Assembly: GCA_963666145.1 (NCBI GenBank)
Contig: OY762614.1
Coordinates: 2,969,617 to 3,033,616 of the forward strand
DNA length: 64,000 bases
Direction of reading: 5' to 3'
Origin: an uncultured Desulfobacter sp.
Lineage (GTDB): Bacteria > Desulfobacterota > Desulfobacteria > Desulfobacterales > Desulfobacteraceae
Shown: positions 19,604 through 29,231 of the stretch, in pieces
Numbering within the stretch: the stretch's first letter is position 1
Layout: each line of letters begins with the position of its first letter
The notes under the pieces: model-generated
The model's input: the letters and a program-made list of their open reading frames with translations, nothing else
The model's database searches: none
Told to the model about the DNA's origin: nothing
Program-made: the position numbers and the translations under genes

Positions 19604-19788
19604 CTGATTATAACGGATTTGGGGGAGGCCACTAATTCGGCTTTTTGGTCCTTCCCTATTTTCAGGCCTCTTGGTCATTACGCATGAATTCTTTGTCCTA
19701 TTTGGGGTCGCGATTCAGGGCAGGATTTAAAATAATCTACAATAAATTCAAATAGTTAAATATGGCCCCCCAAATCCGTTATAATCAG
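19604..19788. mobile_element. MITE (non-autonomous IS derivative), 185 bp
   Basis: 22-bp perfect TIR CTGATTATAACGGATTTGGGGG at both ends; 8-bp direct repeat AAAAAATG at 19596-19603 and 19789-19796; no transposase. Confidence 0.85.
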
Positions 19789-19948
19789 AAAAAATGTGTT
19801 GCTGCTATTGAAATAGACCTGTCCGGGCTTGATATATAAGTGCCATACACCTCGCCTTGTTTTAAAATCTGTGTAAAACCATTTCAAAAGTGTAAATTCA
19901 GCATAAAGAGAAGCGAGCATGAAAATAATTTCATAAGGATAACGAATC

Positions 19949-20986
19949 TCAGGCAAAATAGCCACGAATAAAAGCATTTAGCTCGTCATAGCTTATGTTC
20001 TCCACCCGGGCCTGCCCGATCTGCTCAAGGAAAACAAAAAAGAGGTGGTCACCCTGTTTTTTCTTATCCCTGGAAGCCGCTTCAATAATTTGCTCCGGCG
20101 GGAAGTCAAAGGCGACTGGAAGTCTCAGGCCTGAAAGCAACTCTTTGATTCGTTCCACATCCCCTTGATTGATGAATCCTTTTTGCTGGGAGAATTGTGC
20201 TGCCGCCACCATACCTGCCGCAACCGCACGGCCATGGCCGCTGGGGTTGAGTTTTTCAAATGCATGTCCGATGGTGTGCCCGAAGTTCAGCTTGCGGCGC
20301 TCTCCGGCCTCCCGTTCATCGGCCTGGACCACACGGGATTTGATGGCCACGGAATCGGCCACCATCCGGAAAACCGTTTCCCGGTCCAGGGCCAGGGCTT
20401 TGTTCCGGTTGTTTTCAATAAACTCTAAAAGAGCTCGGTCGTTGATCAGTCCATGTTTGACAATCTCGGCCAGGCCGTTGGAAATTTCCTTGTCCGGCAG
20501 GGTGGAGAGCATATCAATGTCACACAGCACAAACTGCGGTTGGCAGAATACCCCGACCATATTTTTAAAGGCATCCAGATTGACGCCGTTTTTGCCGCCA
20601 ACGCTGGCATCGACCTGGGAGAGAAGAGAGGTTGAAACAAATCCGAATCGGATGCCCCTTAGGAAGACAGATGCCGCAAATCCGGCAATGTCACAGACAA
20701 TACCGCCGCCGATGGCCAGTAAAAAACTTGACCTGTCGCACCCGGCTTTAATCATTTCCCGCAGGATGTATTCCACCGTCGCAAGGGTTTTGATTTTTTC
20801 CCCGGTACCGATGGTGATTACATGACCGGCCGGAAATGACGCCCTGTAATGTTTGAGGATGTTTTCATCGGTAACAATAACTACAGAACCCTGATCCGGC
20901 ATATAGCCTTTTACACTGGACAGGGTTGCTCCCACATGGATATCAGATCTGCTCTGCCGACCTTCAACCGTAAACGTTTTAATCAT
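19949..20986 (-). CDS. aroB: 3-dehydroquinate synthase
   Basis: GEKIKT, IGGGIVCDIAGF, QVDASVGGKNG, LNFGHTIGHAFE, HGRAVA. Confidence 0.96.
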   Translation of the reverse strand: MIKTFTVEGRQSRSDIHVGATLSSVKGYMPDQGSVVIVTDENILKHYRASFPAGHVITIGTGEKIKTLATVEYILREMIKAGCDRSSFLLAIGGGIVCDIAGFAASVFLRGIRFGFVSTSLLSQVDASVGGKNGVNLDAFKNMVGVFCQPQFVLCDIDMLSTLPDKEISNGLAEIVKHGLINDRALLEFIENNRNKALALDRETVFRMVADSVAIKSRVVQADEREAGERRKLNFGHTIGHAFEKLNPSGHGRAVAAGMVAAAQFSQQKGFINQGDVERIKELLSGLRLPVAFDFPPEQIIEAASRDKKKQGDHLFFVFLEQIGQARVENISYDELNAFIRGYFA

Positions 20987-21268
20987 ATTTTTTGCCTTGG
21001 GAAATGGTGTGGATGGTAATCATCTTTTTTCAGGTCAGGGAATGGAAAACTTAGACATCGCAAATCGCGCGAGGGCTTTTATGGTTTCCATGGTCCTTAA
21101 CTATTGTTTTGTTGCGTACTTTTTTATCAATATTCGATGGCTTGGGCAAACAAAAAAAGGATGCCCGTTTCAAGTGCGGTCTTTATTTTTATGTGTATAG
21201 ATAATTCAATTAATATTTGATTTTAACGGATCTTCAATATAAACTTCGACAAAATATTTTGGAGTCAT

Positions 21269-21919
21269 ATGCAGTTAAAAGTCCTCATAGCTGACGACCA
21301 TGCCATCATCCGGGAAGGATTGCGAAGCCTTCTGGAAAACAGGGGTATACAGGTGATGGATATTGCAAAAAACGGTAGAGAGGCCGTTGAAAAGGCCATT
21401 GCCCTTAAGCCGGATATTGTGATGATGGATATTTCCATGCCTGATCTTAACGGTGTGGAAGCCACAGCCAGAATCAGGGAAGAGCTCCCCCACACAAGGG
21501 TGATCGCCTTGTCTATGCATTCAAGCAAAAAAATTATTGATCAAATGTTTGATTCGGGCGCTTCGGGCTATATTCTTAAAGAGTCTGCCTTTGATGAGAT
21601 CTATGATGCTATCCAGGAAGTGCTTCGGACTAATTTTTATTTGACACCCGCCATTGCCAGGATGTGTACCGATGACAATGGCAGAGATCGCAGCGCACGA
21701 GAGGCACAGCCCCAATTCAATAAAATTTCCCGCAAGGAACGCGAAGTCCTGCAATTGATTGCCGAAGGCAAAAAAACCAGGGAAATTGCCGAAACAATGG
21801 GGGTCAGCATTAAGACTGTGGAAACCCATCGAAGAAATATTATGAAAAAACTCAATATTTTTTCAGTGGCCGGGTTAACAAAATATGCCATCCTTGAAGA
21901 CATTATCGCTTTGGAATAA
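21269..21919 (+). CDS. NarL/LuxR-family response regulator
   Basis: ADDH, MMDISMP, LSMH, LK; HTH SRKEREVLQLIAEG...TVETHRRNIMKKL. Confidence 0.95.
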   Translation: MQLKVLIADDHAIIREGLRSLLENRGIQVMDIAKNGREAVEKAIALKPDIVMMDISMPDLNGVEATARIREELPHTRVIALSMHSSKKIIDQMFDSGASGYILKESAFDEIYDAIQEVLRTNFYLTPAIARMCTDDNGRDRSAREAQPQFNKISRKEREVLQLIAEGKKTREIAETMGVSIKTVETHRRNIMKKLNIFSVAGLTKYAILEDIIALE

Positions 21920-21970
21920 TGAAAACACTGGAATAGGCTGACAGCACACAACGCACCAGGATACGGACTG

Positions 21971-23125
21971 ATGGAACATATTACTACTGCAACTCAGTTT
22001 GAAAAAACAGATGCCGTGGAGGCCCTTGCCAACGGAATTGCCCATGACGTCAACAATCTGCTGACCGCCATCAAGGGACATGCCTCCCTGATGCTGAACA
22101 ATGTTAACCCCACAGATCCGCTTTACGGCCACATTATTGAAATTTTGTCCAGCGTTGATAAGGGCTCCGATCTTGCCAACCAACTGCTGGGATTTGCCAT
22201 GGCCGATGAGGTCTATTTAACGCGTATGGATGCCAACAGGCTTGTGCGCTCGGTGGTGGAAACCCTTAACCTGAAAGGCAAGCGGATCATCCTGGATGTA
22301 AGCCTCGATCCCAAGCCCTTGATTATCAAAGGCGATCCTGAAAAAATTAAACAGGTGGTCACAGCTATCGTCAAAAATGGATTGCAGGCCATGCCTGCCG
22401 GGGGCAAACTTTCCGTGCGCACGGAAGCTGCCGCTATTTTAAACGGCACCGCAGACGACTTTGGGGTGGAATCCGGTTTTTTTTGTAAAATTACCATATC
22501 CGATACCGGCATCCGCATGGACAGCGCGACCCTGGAACGAATATTTAAAGCCTTTTATTCCCACAACCATAATCAGTTCCCTGAAAAAAAGGGACTGGGG
22601 CTTACCTTTGCAAAGAAAATCGTAAAACATCACCACGGCGTCATTGATGTATGGAGTTCTTTGAATGTCGGATCTTCGTTTTCCATAATCCTGCCCCTGG
22701 CAGAGCATAACCTCAACCACCTGGATGATATACCTTCCGCCCAGGATGAACTCAAGCTTGGTCATGAATGCGTGCTTTTGGTGGATGATGAAGAGCGTAT
22801 TCTCAACGTTGGAAAAACAATATGCAAAGCCTTGGGGTATACGGTTTTTACGGCGGATTCCGGTGAAAAGGCATTGAAACTATATACAGAAAAAAAGAAC
22901 GACATCAATGTTGTGGTTTTGGACATGATCATGCCGGGCATGGATGGGCTGGAGGTGTTCATGGCGTTGAAAAAAATCAACCCTAATATTAAGGTGTTGC
23001 TCTCCACAGGATATGCCATTGATGAAAATGCCCAGGAGATGCTTAGACAAGGTTGCAAAGGATATATTCTCAAGCCCTATTCCGTGGTGGATTTTTCACA
23101 TAAGTTAAGAGAGATTCTTGGGTGA
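21971..23125 (+). CDS. Hybrid histidine kinase (HisKA-HATPase-REC) lacking a sensor domain
   Basis: H-box GIAHDVNN at residue ~25, degenerate G boxes, intact C-terminal REC (VDDE, DMIMP, KP). Confidence 0.85.
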   Translation: MEHITTATQFEKTDAVEALANGIAHDVNNLLTAIKGHASLMLNNVNPTDPLYGHIIEILSSVDKGSDLANQLLGFAMADEVYLTRMDANRLVRSVVETLNLKGKRIILDVSLDPKPLIIKGDPEKIKQVVTAIVKNGLQAMPAGGKLSVRTEAAAILNGTADDFGVESGFFCKITISDTGIRMDSATLERIFKAFYSHNHNQFPEKKGLGLTFAKKIVKHHHGVIDVWSSLNVGSSFSIILPLAEHNLNHLDDIPSAQDELKLGHECVLLVDDEERILNVGKTICKALGYTVFTADSGEKALKLYTEKKNDINVVVLDMIMPGMDGLEVFMALKKINPNIKVLLSTGYAIDENAQEMLRQGCKGYILKPYSVVDFSHKLREILG

Positions 23126-23154
23126 CGCACCAAATGGTGAAACGCCATCACTCC

Positions 23155-23183
23155 TTGACACAATTTTCTTGATTTTCTATAGT
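23155..23183 (+). promoter_or_regulatory. Sigma70 promoter of minCDE
   Basis: TTGACA-N17-TATAGT. Confidence 0.7.
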
Positions 23184-23274
23184 CTTGTGAACATTCTAAA
23201 TCCATATTCTGGATGGCTTTTTTACGCCGGTCAGAAATGGTACGGATCAATCTCAACTTTGCATATGGATTTTA

Positions 23275-23964
23275 ATGATAAATTTTGATAACACCGCTCC
23301 TGTAAAGCTCAAAGGTGCCGGTGGCGGGTTGTGGATTACCATAGACCCTTCCCATCCGGAGTCTGAAATCATTGCTGAAATTGACAGGTTGTTGAAAAAA
23401 TTAAAACATCTGGCCATAAATGCGGATGTGATCCTCGATATCGGTGATGCCGATGGGCAAGAAGAACTGGTTGGCAGGATAAAATCACACCTGGAAAGCA
23501 ATTTCGAGCTTGGTACGATTTCAACCTCCCCCAAAAAACGATCTATTCCAACCGAACGTCGCCGCCAACGGGATCTGTCCAAGGGCTGGAACCATCATAA
23601 AAGTGATGTCCTTATGCTGCGGGGACGGGTGCGTTCCGGTCAGAAAATAAATGCCAGAAAGCATCTGGTTATTACAGGGGACGTGAACCCCGGAGCCGAA
23701 CTCACCGCAGGCGGCGATGTCATTGTGCTTGGCACCCTGGCAGGAAAAGTACATGCTGGATACCCGGAAAACGACGGAGCCATAGTATTTTCCCTGGTAT
23801 TTAACCCAAGTCTGGTAAAAATCGGACTGGTCACTGCCAGCGGCGCCGGCGAACCGGGCACCCAGGGGCCTGAATTTGCCTGTGTGGAGCAGGACGGGAT
23901 TGTGGTTAAAAATTATATGAAAGAAAATCCGTTCAAACGGATGCCCTGGCCGGAAGTGATTTAA
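23275..23964 (+). CDS. minC: Septum site-determining protein MinC
   Basis: Beta-helix VRSGQ...GDVNPGAEL.AGGDVIVLGTLAGKVHAG. Confidence 0.92.
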   Translation: MINFDNTAPVKLKGAGGGLWITIDPSHPESEIIAEIDRLLKKLKHLAINADVILDIGDADGQEELVGRIKSHLESNFELGTISTSPKKRSIPTERRRQRDLSKGWNHHKSDVLMLRGRVRSGQKINARKHLVITGDVNPGAELTAGGDVIVLGTLAGKVHAGYPENDGAIVFSLVFNPSLVKIGLVTASGAGEPGTQGPEFACVEQDGIVVKNYMKENPFKRMPWPEVI

Positions 23965-23995
23965 AGAAAAACAATCATAACTATTGAGGTGTAAC

Positions 23996-24790
23996 TTGGA
24001 AGGAAAAATTATTGTCGTAACATCTGGAAAGGGCGGCGTGGGTAAAACAACAGCGACCTCTTCCCTTGGCGCAGCACTGGCACTTGAAGGAAAACGGGTT
24101 GCCATTGTGGATATGGATATCGGACTGCGTAACCTTGATGTGGTCATGGGCCTGGAAAACCGGATTGTTTTTAATATTGTGGATGTGGTCCAGGGCCGGT
24201 GCAAGATTGACCAGGCCGCCATCCGGGACAGACGTATTGACAATCTTTTTCTGATTCCGGCCTCCCAAAGTGACAATAAAGATGTGCTGACACCGGAAGG
24301 GGTTGAGCGGGTGGCCAAGGAGCTGCGAACAAAATTTGATTATGTGATCATGGACTCTCCGGCCGGCATCGAAAGAGGGTTTGAAAATTCCGTTGCCGGT
24401 GCCAATGAAGCGGTTGTGGTCTGTACGCCGGATGTCTCCGCCGTCAGGGATGCCGATCGGGTTATCGGTCTTTTGTACGCCCGCTCCCTTGAACCTAAAC
24501 TCATTGTCAACCGTATTGAACCCGCCCGTGTGGAGCGTGGTGAAATGCTAAGTCATGAAGATGTACTGGATATATTGTCCATTGATCTGGTAGGCCTTGT
24601 GCCCATGGATGAAAAGGTGCTCATCTCCTCGAACACCGGTACACCCCTGGTGCTCCAGAACGATTCCATTGCCGGACAGGCCTTTCGACGGATTGCCAAA
24701 CGTCTGAATGGAGAGGATGTCCCCATTCAGACGCCGAATCGAAAAACCAGCGTATGGAGCAAACTGGGTAAAACTTTCGGGTTAAGATAA
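23996..24790 (+). CDS. minD: Septum site-determining ATPase MinD
   Basis: SGKGGVGKTT, DIGLRNLD, DSPAGIE, C-terminal amphipathic helix; TTG start after GAGGTG. Confidence 0.97.
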   Translation: MEGKIIVVTSGKGGVGKTTATSSLGAALALEGKRVAIVDMDIGLRNLDVVMGLENRIVFNIVDVVQGRCKIDQAAIRDRRIDNLFLIPASQSDNKDVLTPEGVERVAKELRTKFDYVIMDSPAGIERGFENSVAGANEAVVVCTPDVSAVRDADRVIGLLYARSLEPKLIVNRIEPARVERGEMLSHEDVLDILSIDLVGLVPMDEKVLISSNTGTPLVLQNDSIAGQAFRRIAKRLNGEDVPIQTPNRKTSVWSKLGKTFGLR

Positions 24791-24800
24791 GGAGAGTTGG

Positions 24801-25067
24801 ATGCTGCAAGAATTTTTGAGACGGTTCACAGGCCAGAAAAGAAGTAGTGACGAAGCAAAAAAGCGGCTTCAATTTTCTTTAATTTACGATAAGCTGGAAG
24901 TGAACGATACAACTTTGACAGATCTTCAGACGGATATCGTTAATGTGATATCAAAGTATTTTGAAATTGATAAAGAAGCATTGGAGCTTAAGGTCAAAAA
25001 TGATAAAGATGTCTCTGCTCTGGTGTTTAATACCCCCATTCTTCATGTAAAAAGAAAAGGGGCATAG
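24801..25067 (+). CDS. minE: Cell division topological specificity factor MinE
   Basis: SSDEAKKRLQ...LQTDIVNVISKYF; follows minD. Confidence 0.92.
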   Translation: MLQEFLRRFTGQKRSSDEAKKRLQFSLIYDKLEVNDTTLTDLQTDIVNVISKYFEIDKEALELKVKNDKDVSALVFNTPILHVKRKGA

Positions 25068-25101
25068 GCCTCGGATATTTGGGGTATGCCGATGATGAAA
25101 T

Positions 25102-25141
25102 AAAACCGACCGGAAACAAAGTATTGTTTCCGGTCGGTTTT
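25102..25141. terminator. Bidirectional terminator between minE and aspS
   Basis: AAAACCGACCGGAAACAA-N4-TTGTTTCCGGTCGGTTTT. Confidence 0.85.
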
Positions 25142-25172
25142 TTAATTCTAAATGCCGGGATTGGGATTGCCC

Positions 25173-26978
25173 CTACTCTATGGGCTTAACCGTTTTAATG
25201 GCCAGTTCCTGGAGCTGTGCAGGCGTCGCTTTTGAGGGCGCCTGGGTCATTAGGCATGTGGCCTTCTGGGTTTTGGGGAAGGCTATGACATTGCGGATGG
25301 AATCCTCATGGCAAAGCAGCATAACCAGACGATCCAGGCCAAAAGCCAAACCGCCGTGGGGCGGTGCACCAAAGGTCAGCGCTTCCAACAGGAATCCGAA
25401 CTTTTCTTTGGCTTCCTCTTCTCCGATACCTAAGCATTTGAGCACCCGCTGCTGCAGTTCGCTGTCATGGATACGGATACTGCCGCCACCGATCTCAATG
25501 CCGTTGAGAACCAGGTCATAGGCCCGGGAGTTGACTTCCAAAGGATTGGTTTCCAGTTTGTCCAGATCCGATTCCATGGGGGCCGTGAACGGATGATGCA
25601 GGGCCTGGTACCGTTTTTCCGTTTCATCATATTCAAACATGGGGAAATGGGTGATCCAGGTAAATTTGAACTCGTTGTCATCAATGAGCCCAAGCCTGCG
25701 TGCCAGCTCGTTTCTCAACTGCCCCAGCGCTTCATTGGTGACCTTGGGCTGGTCTGCCACAAAAAAGACAATATCACCGGGTTCAAGATCCAGGCGCTGT
25801 TTTAAGGCTTGTTTTTCATCATCAGAGAAAAATTTTGCAATGGGAGACTGCCACTGGTCTTCCTTTATTTTGATCCAGGCCAGGCCCTTGGCTCTGTAAA
25901 CGGCTGCAAATTCGGTAAGCTCATCAATCTGTTTTCTGGAAAAATCCCCACAGCCCTTGGCATTGATCGCCTTGACCAGCCCGCCGTTTTTAACCACAGA
26001 AGCAAACACCTTAAAATTCGCATTGGCCACAATGTCGGAGACATTTTTCAATTCCAGGCCAAACCTTAAGTCCGGGCGGTCTAAACCGAACCGGTCCATG
26101 GACTCGGCCCAGGTCATGCTGGGGAAGGGCTCGGAAAAGTCTATATCCAGCACATTTTTGAATATGGCCTTGATCAAATTTTCGGTAATTTCCATGACCT
26201 GGTATTCATCCACAAAGGAGAGCTCCATATCGATCTGGGTGAATTCGGGCTGACGGTCCGCCCGCAGGTCCTCGTCCCTGAAGCATTTTACGATCTGGTA
26301 ATAGCGGTCAAAGCCGGCAACCATCAAAAGCTGTTTGAACAGCTGGGGAGACTGGGGCAGGGCATAAAAGTCACCCTGATTGACCCGGGAGGGAACCAGG
26401 TAATCCCTGGCACCTTCGGGGGTGCTTTTGGTCAGAAACGGGGTTTCAATATCAATAAAGCCATTGGCATCCAGAAAATTTCGAACCGTCATGGTGGTTT
26501 TGTGGCGTGCCAGGATATTGTTTTTAAGCTGGGTGCGTCTTAAATCCAGATACCGGTACTGCAGGCGGATGGTTTCCGATGCATCCACCCGGTCTTCAAT
26601 CTGAAATGCCGGTGTTTTGGCTTTGGAAAAAATTCTCAACTCGTCAACAAGCACCTCTATGGCGCCTGTGGCCATCCTGGGGTTTACCATGTCGGCAGGT
26701 CTGCCCGACACCTTACCTTTGATGCCAAGGACAAATTCGCTTCTGATTTCCTGGGCTTTTGCATGGACAGCCTCGGCGACTGACGGATCAAAAACGACCT
26801 GGGTAATGCCTTCCCGGTCCCGAAGGTCCACAAAAATAACGCCGCCGTGGTCCCGGCGGTGCTGAACCCACCCCATGAGTACAACGTCCTGGCCGATATG
26901 GCTTTCTCCCAACTCAATGCAGGTGTGTGTGCGTTTCATATCTCCAAGTAAATCAGTCACTTTTATTTTAAACTCCAT
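25173..26978 (-). CDS. aspS: Aspartyl-tRNA synthetase (probably non-discriminating)
   Basis: RRDHGG (His at this site is associated with the non-discriminating type), PQSPQLFKQ, FRDEDLRADRQPEFTQ, PPHGGLAFGLDR. Confidence 0.97.
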   Translation of the reverse strand: MEFKIKVTDLLGDMKRTHTCIELGESHIGQDVVLMGWVQHRRDHGGVIFVDLRDREGITQVVFDPSVAEAVHAKAQEIRSEFVLGIKGKVSGRPADMVNPRMATGAIEVLVDELRIFSKAKTPAFQIEDRVDASETIRLQYRYLDLRRTQLKNNILARHKTTMTVRNFLDANGFIDIETPFLTKSTPEGARDYLVPSRVNQGDFYALPQSPQLFKQLLMVAGFDRYYQIVKCFRDEDLRADRQPEFTQIDMELSFVDEYQVMEITENLIKAIFKNVLDIDFSEPFPSMTWAESMDRFGLDRPDLRFGLELKNVSDIVANANFKVFASVVKNGGLVKAINAKGCGDFSRKQIDELTEFAAVYRAKGLAWIKIKEDQWQSPIAKFFSDDEKQALKQRLDLEPGDIVFFVADQPKVTNEALGQLRNELARRLGLIDDNEFKFTWITHFPMFEYDETEKRYQALHHPFTAPMESDLDKLETNPLEVNSRAYDLVLNGIEIGGGSIRIHDSELQQRVLKCLGIGEEEAKEKFGFLLEALTFGAPPHGGLAFGLDRLVMLLCHEDSIRNVIAFPKTQKATCLMTQAPSKATPAQLQELAIKTVKPIE

Positions 26979-26986
26979 AACTATAT

Positions 26987-28243
26987 TTAAATTTTAATTA
27001 ATTTTGCTAAATCATCCACCAGGCTATCCAGACCGATTTCAGCCTGATCCGTGGTCTCCATGTTTCGCAGCACAAGTTTTTTCTGGGCAATTTCATTGTC
27101 TCCGACAATGAGAACAAACGCGGCATTAAGCTTGTTTGCCCGTTTCATCAATGATTTCATGCTTTTTCCACGAAAATCCGTGTCTGTTCTAATGCCCATG
27201 GCATTGAGCCGGCAGGACCATTCAAAGGCATGGGCCTGGGCATCTTCACCCAGGCTGACAATAAAAAGGTCCGGACCTTTTTCATCAACCTGGTTGCCAA
27301 GCTGTTCCATCACTTCCACCAGGCGGTCAAATCCGATGGCAAATCCGATGGCCGGTGTCGAAGGACCGCCAAGCTCCTCCACCAGGCGGTCGTACCGCCC
27401 ACCGCCGGCAACGGCGGACTGGGCGCCAAGTGCTGTGGTCTGAAGTTCCCAGGCCGTACGGGTATAGTAATCAAGCCCGCGAACCAGGGTGTCGTCAACC
27501 ATGAAATCCACGCCCAGTTTTTCAAGGCTTCTTTTCACGGTTTCAAAATGGGTATGGCAGTCCGGGCACAGATGATCCACGGTGGCCGGCGAGCCTTCAA
27601 GGGCCTGTCTGCATGTTTCGACTTTACAGTCCAGAATCCTCAACGGATTTTTAACCAGCCTGCGTTTGCAGTTCTCGCACAGATTCTCTTTTCGTTCACC
27701 TAGAAAATCCAGCAGGGCTTTTTGAAAATCAGGGCGGCAGGTCGGACAGCCAAGGCTGTTGATATGGGCTGAGAGGCCTTCTAATCCAAGACGGTGCAGC
27801 AGTGTGTGCAAAAGAAAAATCAGTTCACTGTCAATATACGGGGAGTCTACCCCGAAAACCTCTGCGTCAATCTGGTAAAACTGGCGATAGCGTCCTTTTT
27901 GCGGACGCTCCCGGCGGAACATGGGCCCTGCCAGATAAAATTTGCGAACCGGTTCGGCCGCATACATTTTATGCTGGATGTACGCCCTGCAAATGGATGC
28001 TGTGGCCTCGGGCCGCAGCGTAAGCATCTCCCCTTTTCTGTCTTCAAAGGTATACATCTCCTTTTCAACAATATCGGTTGTTTCTCCGATGCTCCGGGCA
28101 AACAATGCTGTTTTTTCCACGATGGGGATACGGATTTCTTTGTATCCAAAGGACTCAAAAAGGGCTGCCGCTTCTTGTTCCACCTTTTGCCACAGAGCAA
28201 TTTGCTCTGGTAAAATATCTCTGAATCCGCGTATGGTCTGCAT
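26987..28243 (-). CDS. hisS: Histidyl-tRNA synthetase
   Basis: LRPEATA, FRRERPQKGRYRQF, VRGLDYYT, GGGRYD. Confidence 0.98.
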   Translation of the reverse strand: MQTIRGFRDILPEQIALWQKVEQEAAALFESFGYKEIRIPIVEKTALFARSIGETTDIVEKEMYTFEDRKGEMLTLRPEATASICRAYIQHKMYAAEPVRKFYLAGPMFRRERPQKGRYRQFYQIDAEVFGVDSPYIDSELIFLLHTLLHRLGLEGLSAHINSLGCPTCRPDFQKALLDFLGERKENLCENCKRRLVKNPLRILDCKVETCRQALEGSPATVDHLCPDCHTHFETVKRSLEKLGVDFMVDDTLVRGLDYYTRTAWELQTTALGAQSAVAGGGRYDRLVEELGGPSTPAIGFAIGFDRLVEVMEQLGNQVDEKGPDLFIVSLGEDAQAHAFEWSCRLNAMGIRTDTDFRGKSMKSLMKRANKLNAAFVLIVGDNEIAQKKLVLRNMETTDQAEIGLDSLVDDLAKLIKI

Positions 28244-28881
28244 GGGTTTTATATCTTTAGTCTTATGTTGTTCATTTCCAAAAAATACACAGCCGATCTA
28301 TATAGTTTAAAATCAGGGTCTTAGTCAACATATAATAAAAAGGTTCGGATATTTATCACCAAAGCGAATGTGGCAACGGAGCCCCTTGTTGTTTTTCAAA
28401 GTGTTGACGTGAGACGTTTGGCGCAAAATTATTCGGAAAATTCGTCTGTGTGCTCTTTTTAATTTATTGTTAAAAATGTTAAAAAAAATAAAATTTTTCG
28501 TTGCGCTTGCCGAATCGAGCAGTTATAGTACCCGGGACATCAAAAAAGATACCAGCAATGGATGCAATAAATATGTCACAAGGTATACGATCATTCAAGT
28601 ACGAAGAAGAAAAAGAATTAACCATTCCTATCTCCCTGGCAGACCTGCCTGTGTATTTTGATTTTGTCAGAGTTATTGCTTTGAGCCTTACCAATGCCAT
28701 ATTTGCGACGGTATTAAAGATGCCAACCGCAGCGAGAAAAAATAATGACATTAAATAATAGTTCTTTAAAACTAACAAGCTGTGTGTTTCAGAAAAGGTT
28801 GAAACCCCATGGCTGCCACCTGTTCATTTTTGTATGGAAGCATATTAAATTTTGGCGGTGAATTTTGACTGTACTATCCTA

Positions 28882-28911
28882 TTGACAAATTGGAAGTTCC
28901 TATCCTATATA
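28882..28911 (+). promoter_or_regulatory. Putative aclBA promoter: TTGACAAA-N7-TTCCTATCCTA(TATA)
   Basis: TTGACA-N18-TATATA; shares 19 of 26 positions with the aconitase upstream motif. Confidence 0.6.
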
Positions 28912-29231
28912 GACTTAACTTGTTAATAGATGTTAAGAGATATTTAAAAAATTGTTTAAATTTATTCAAACCCCAAAAGAAAGGAGGGCTTGGTAGAGAA
29001 AAGTTTAGGGGGGGAACTTTAAACCTTCTTGCGACGAGAAGGAGCAACTGACGATGCCCTTAAAGCAATATTCAAACCAAAATGGCATTGCAGCAAGGCT
29101 AAGTTAGGTGTTTAGAACGACATTTTGTTCTACCAAGAGGGCAGAATGTTCAAATTAAAGTCTGTTGGTAATATCGAATGAATTGAGAAGTTTTTTTGAA
29201 TTAAATTCACTACAATTATCAGGGAGGAAAA

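Noticed and set aside
19756-19977. 73-aa hydrophobic ORF downstream of aroB
   Set aside because: It overlaps the aroB 3' end, has no RBS, and its last codons run through the MITE terminal repeat.
28990-29140. Glycine or SAM riboswitch in the acl leader
   Set aside because: Only GAAGGAGCAA matches; the GGAGA...CCGAAG and CTCTCAGG elements and the SAM-I core are absent.
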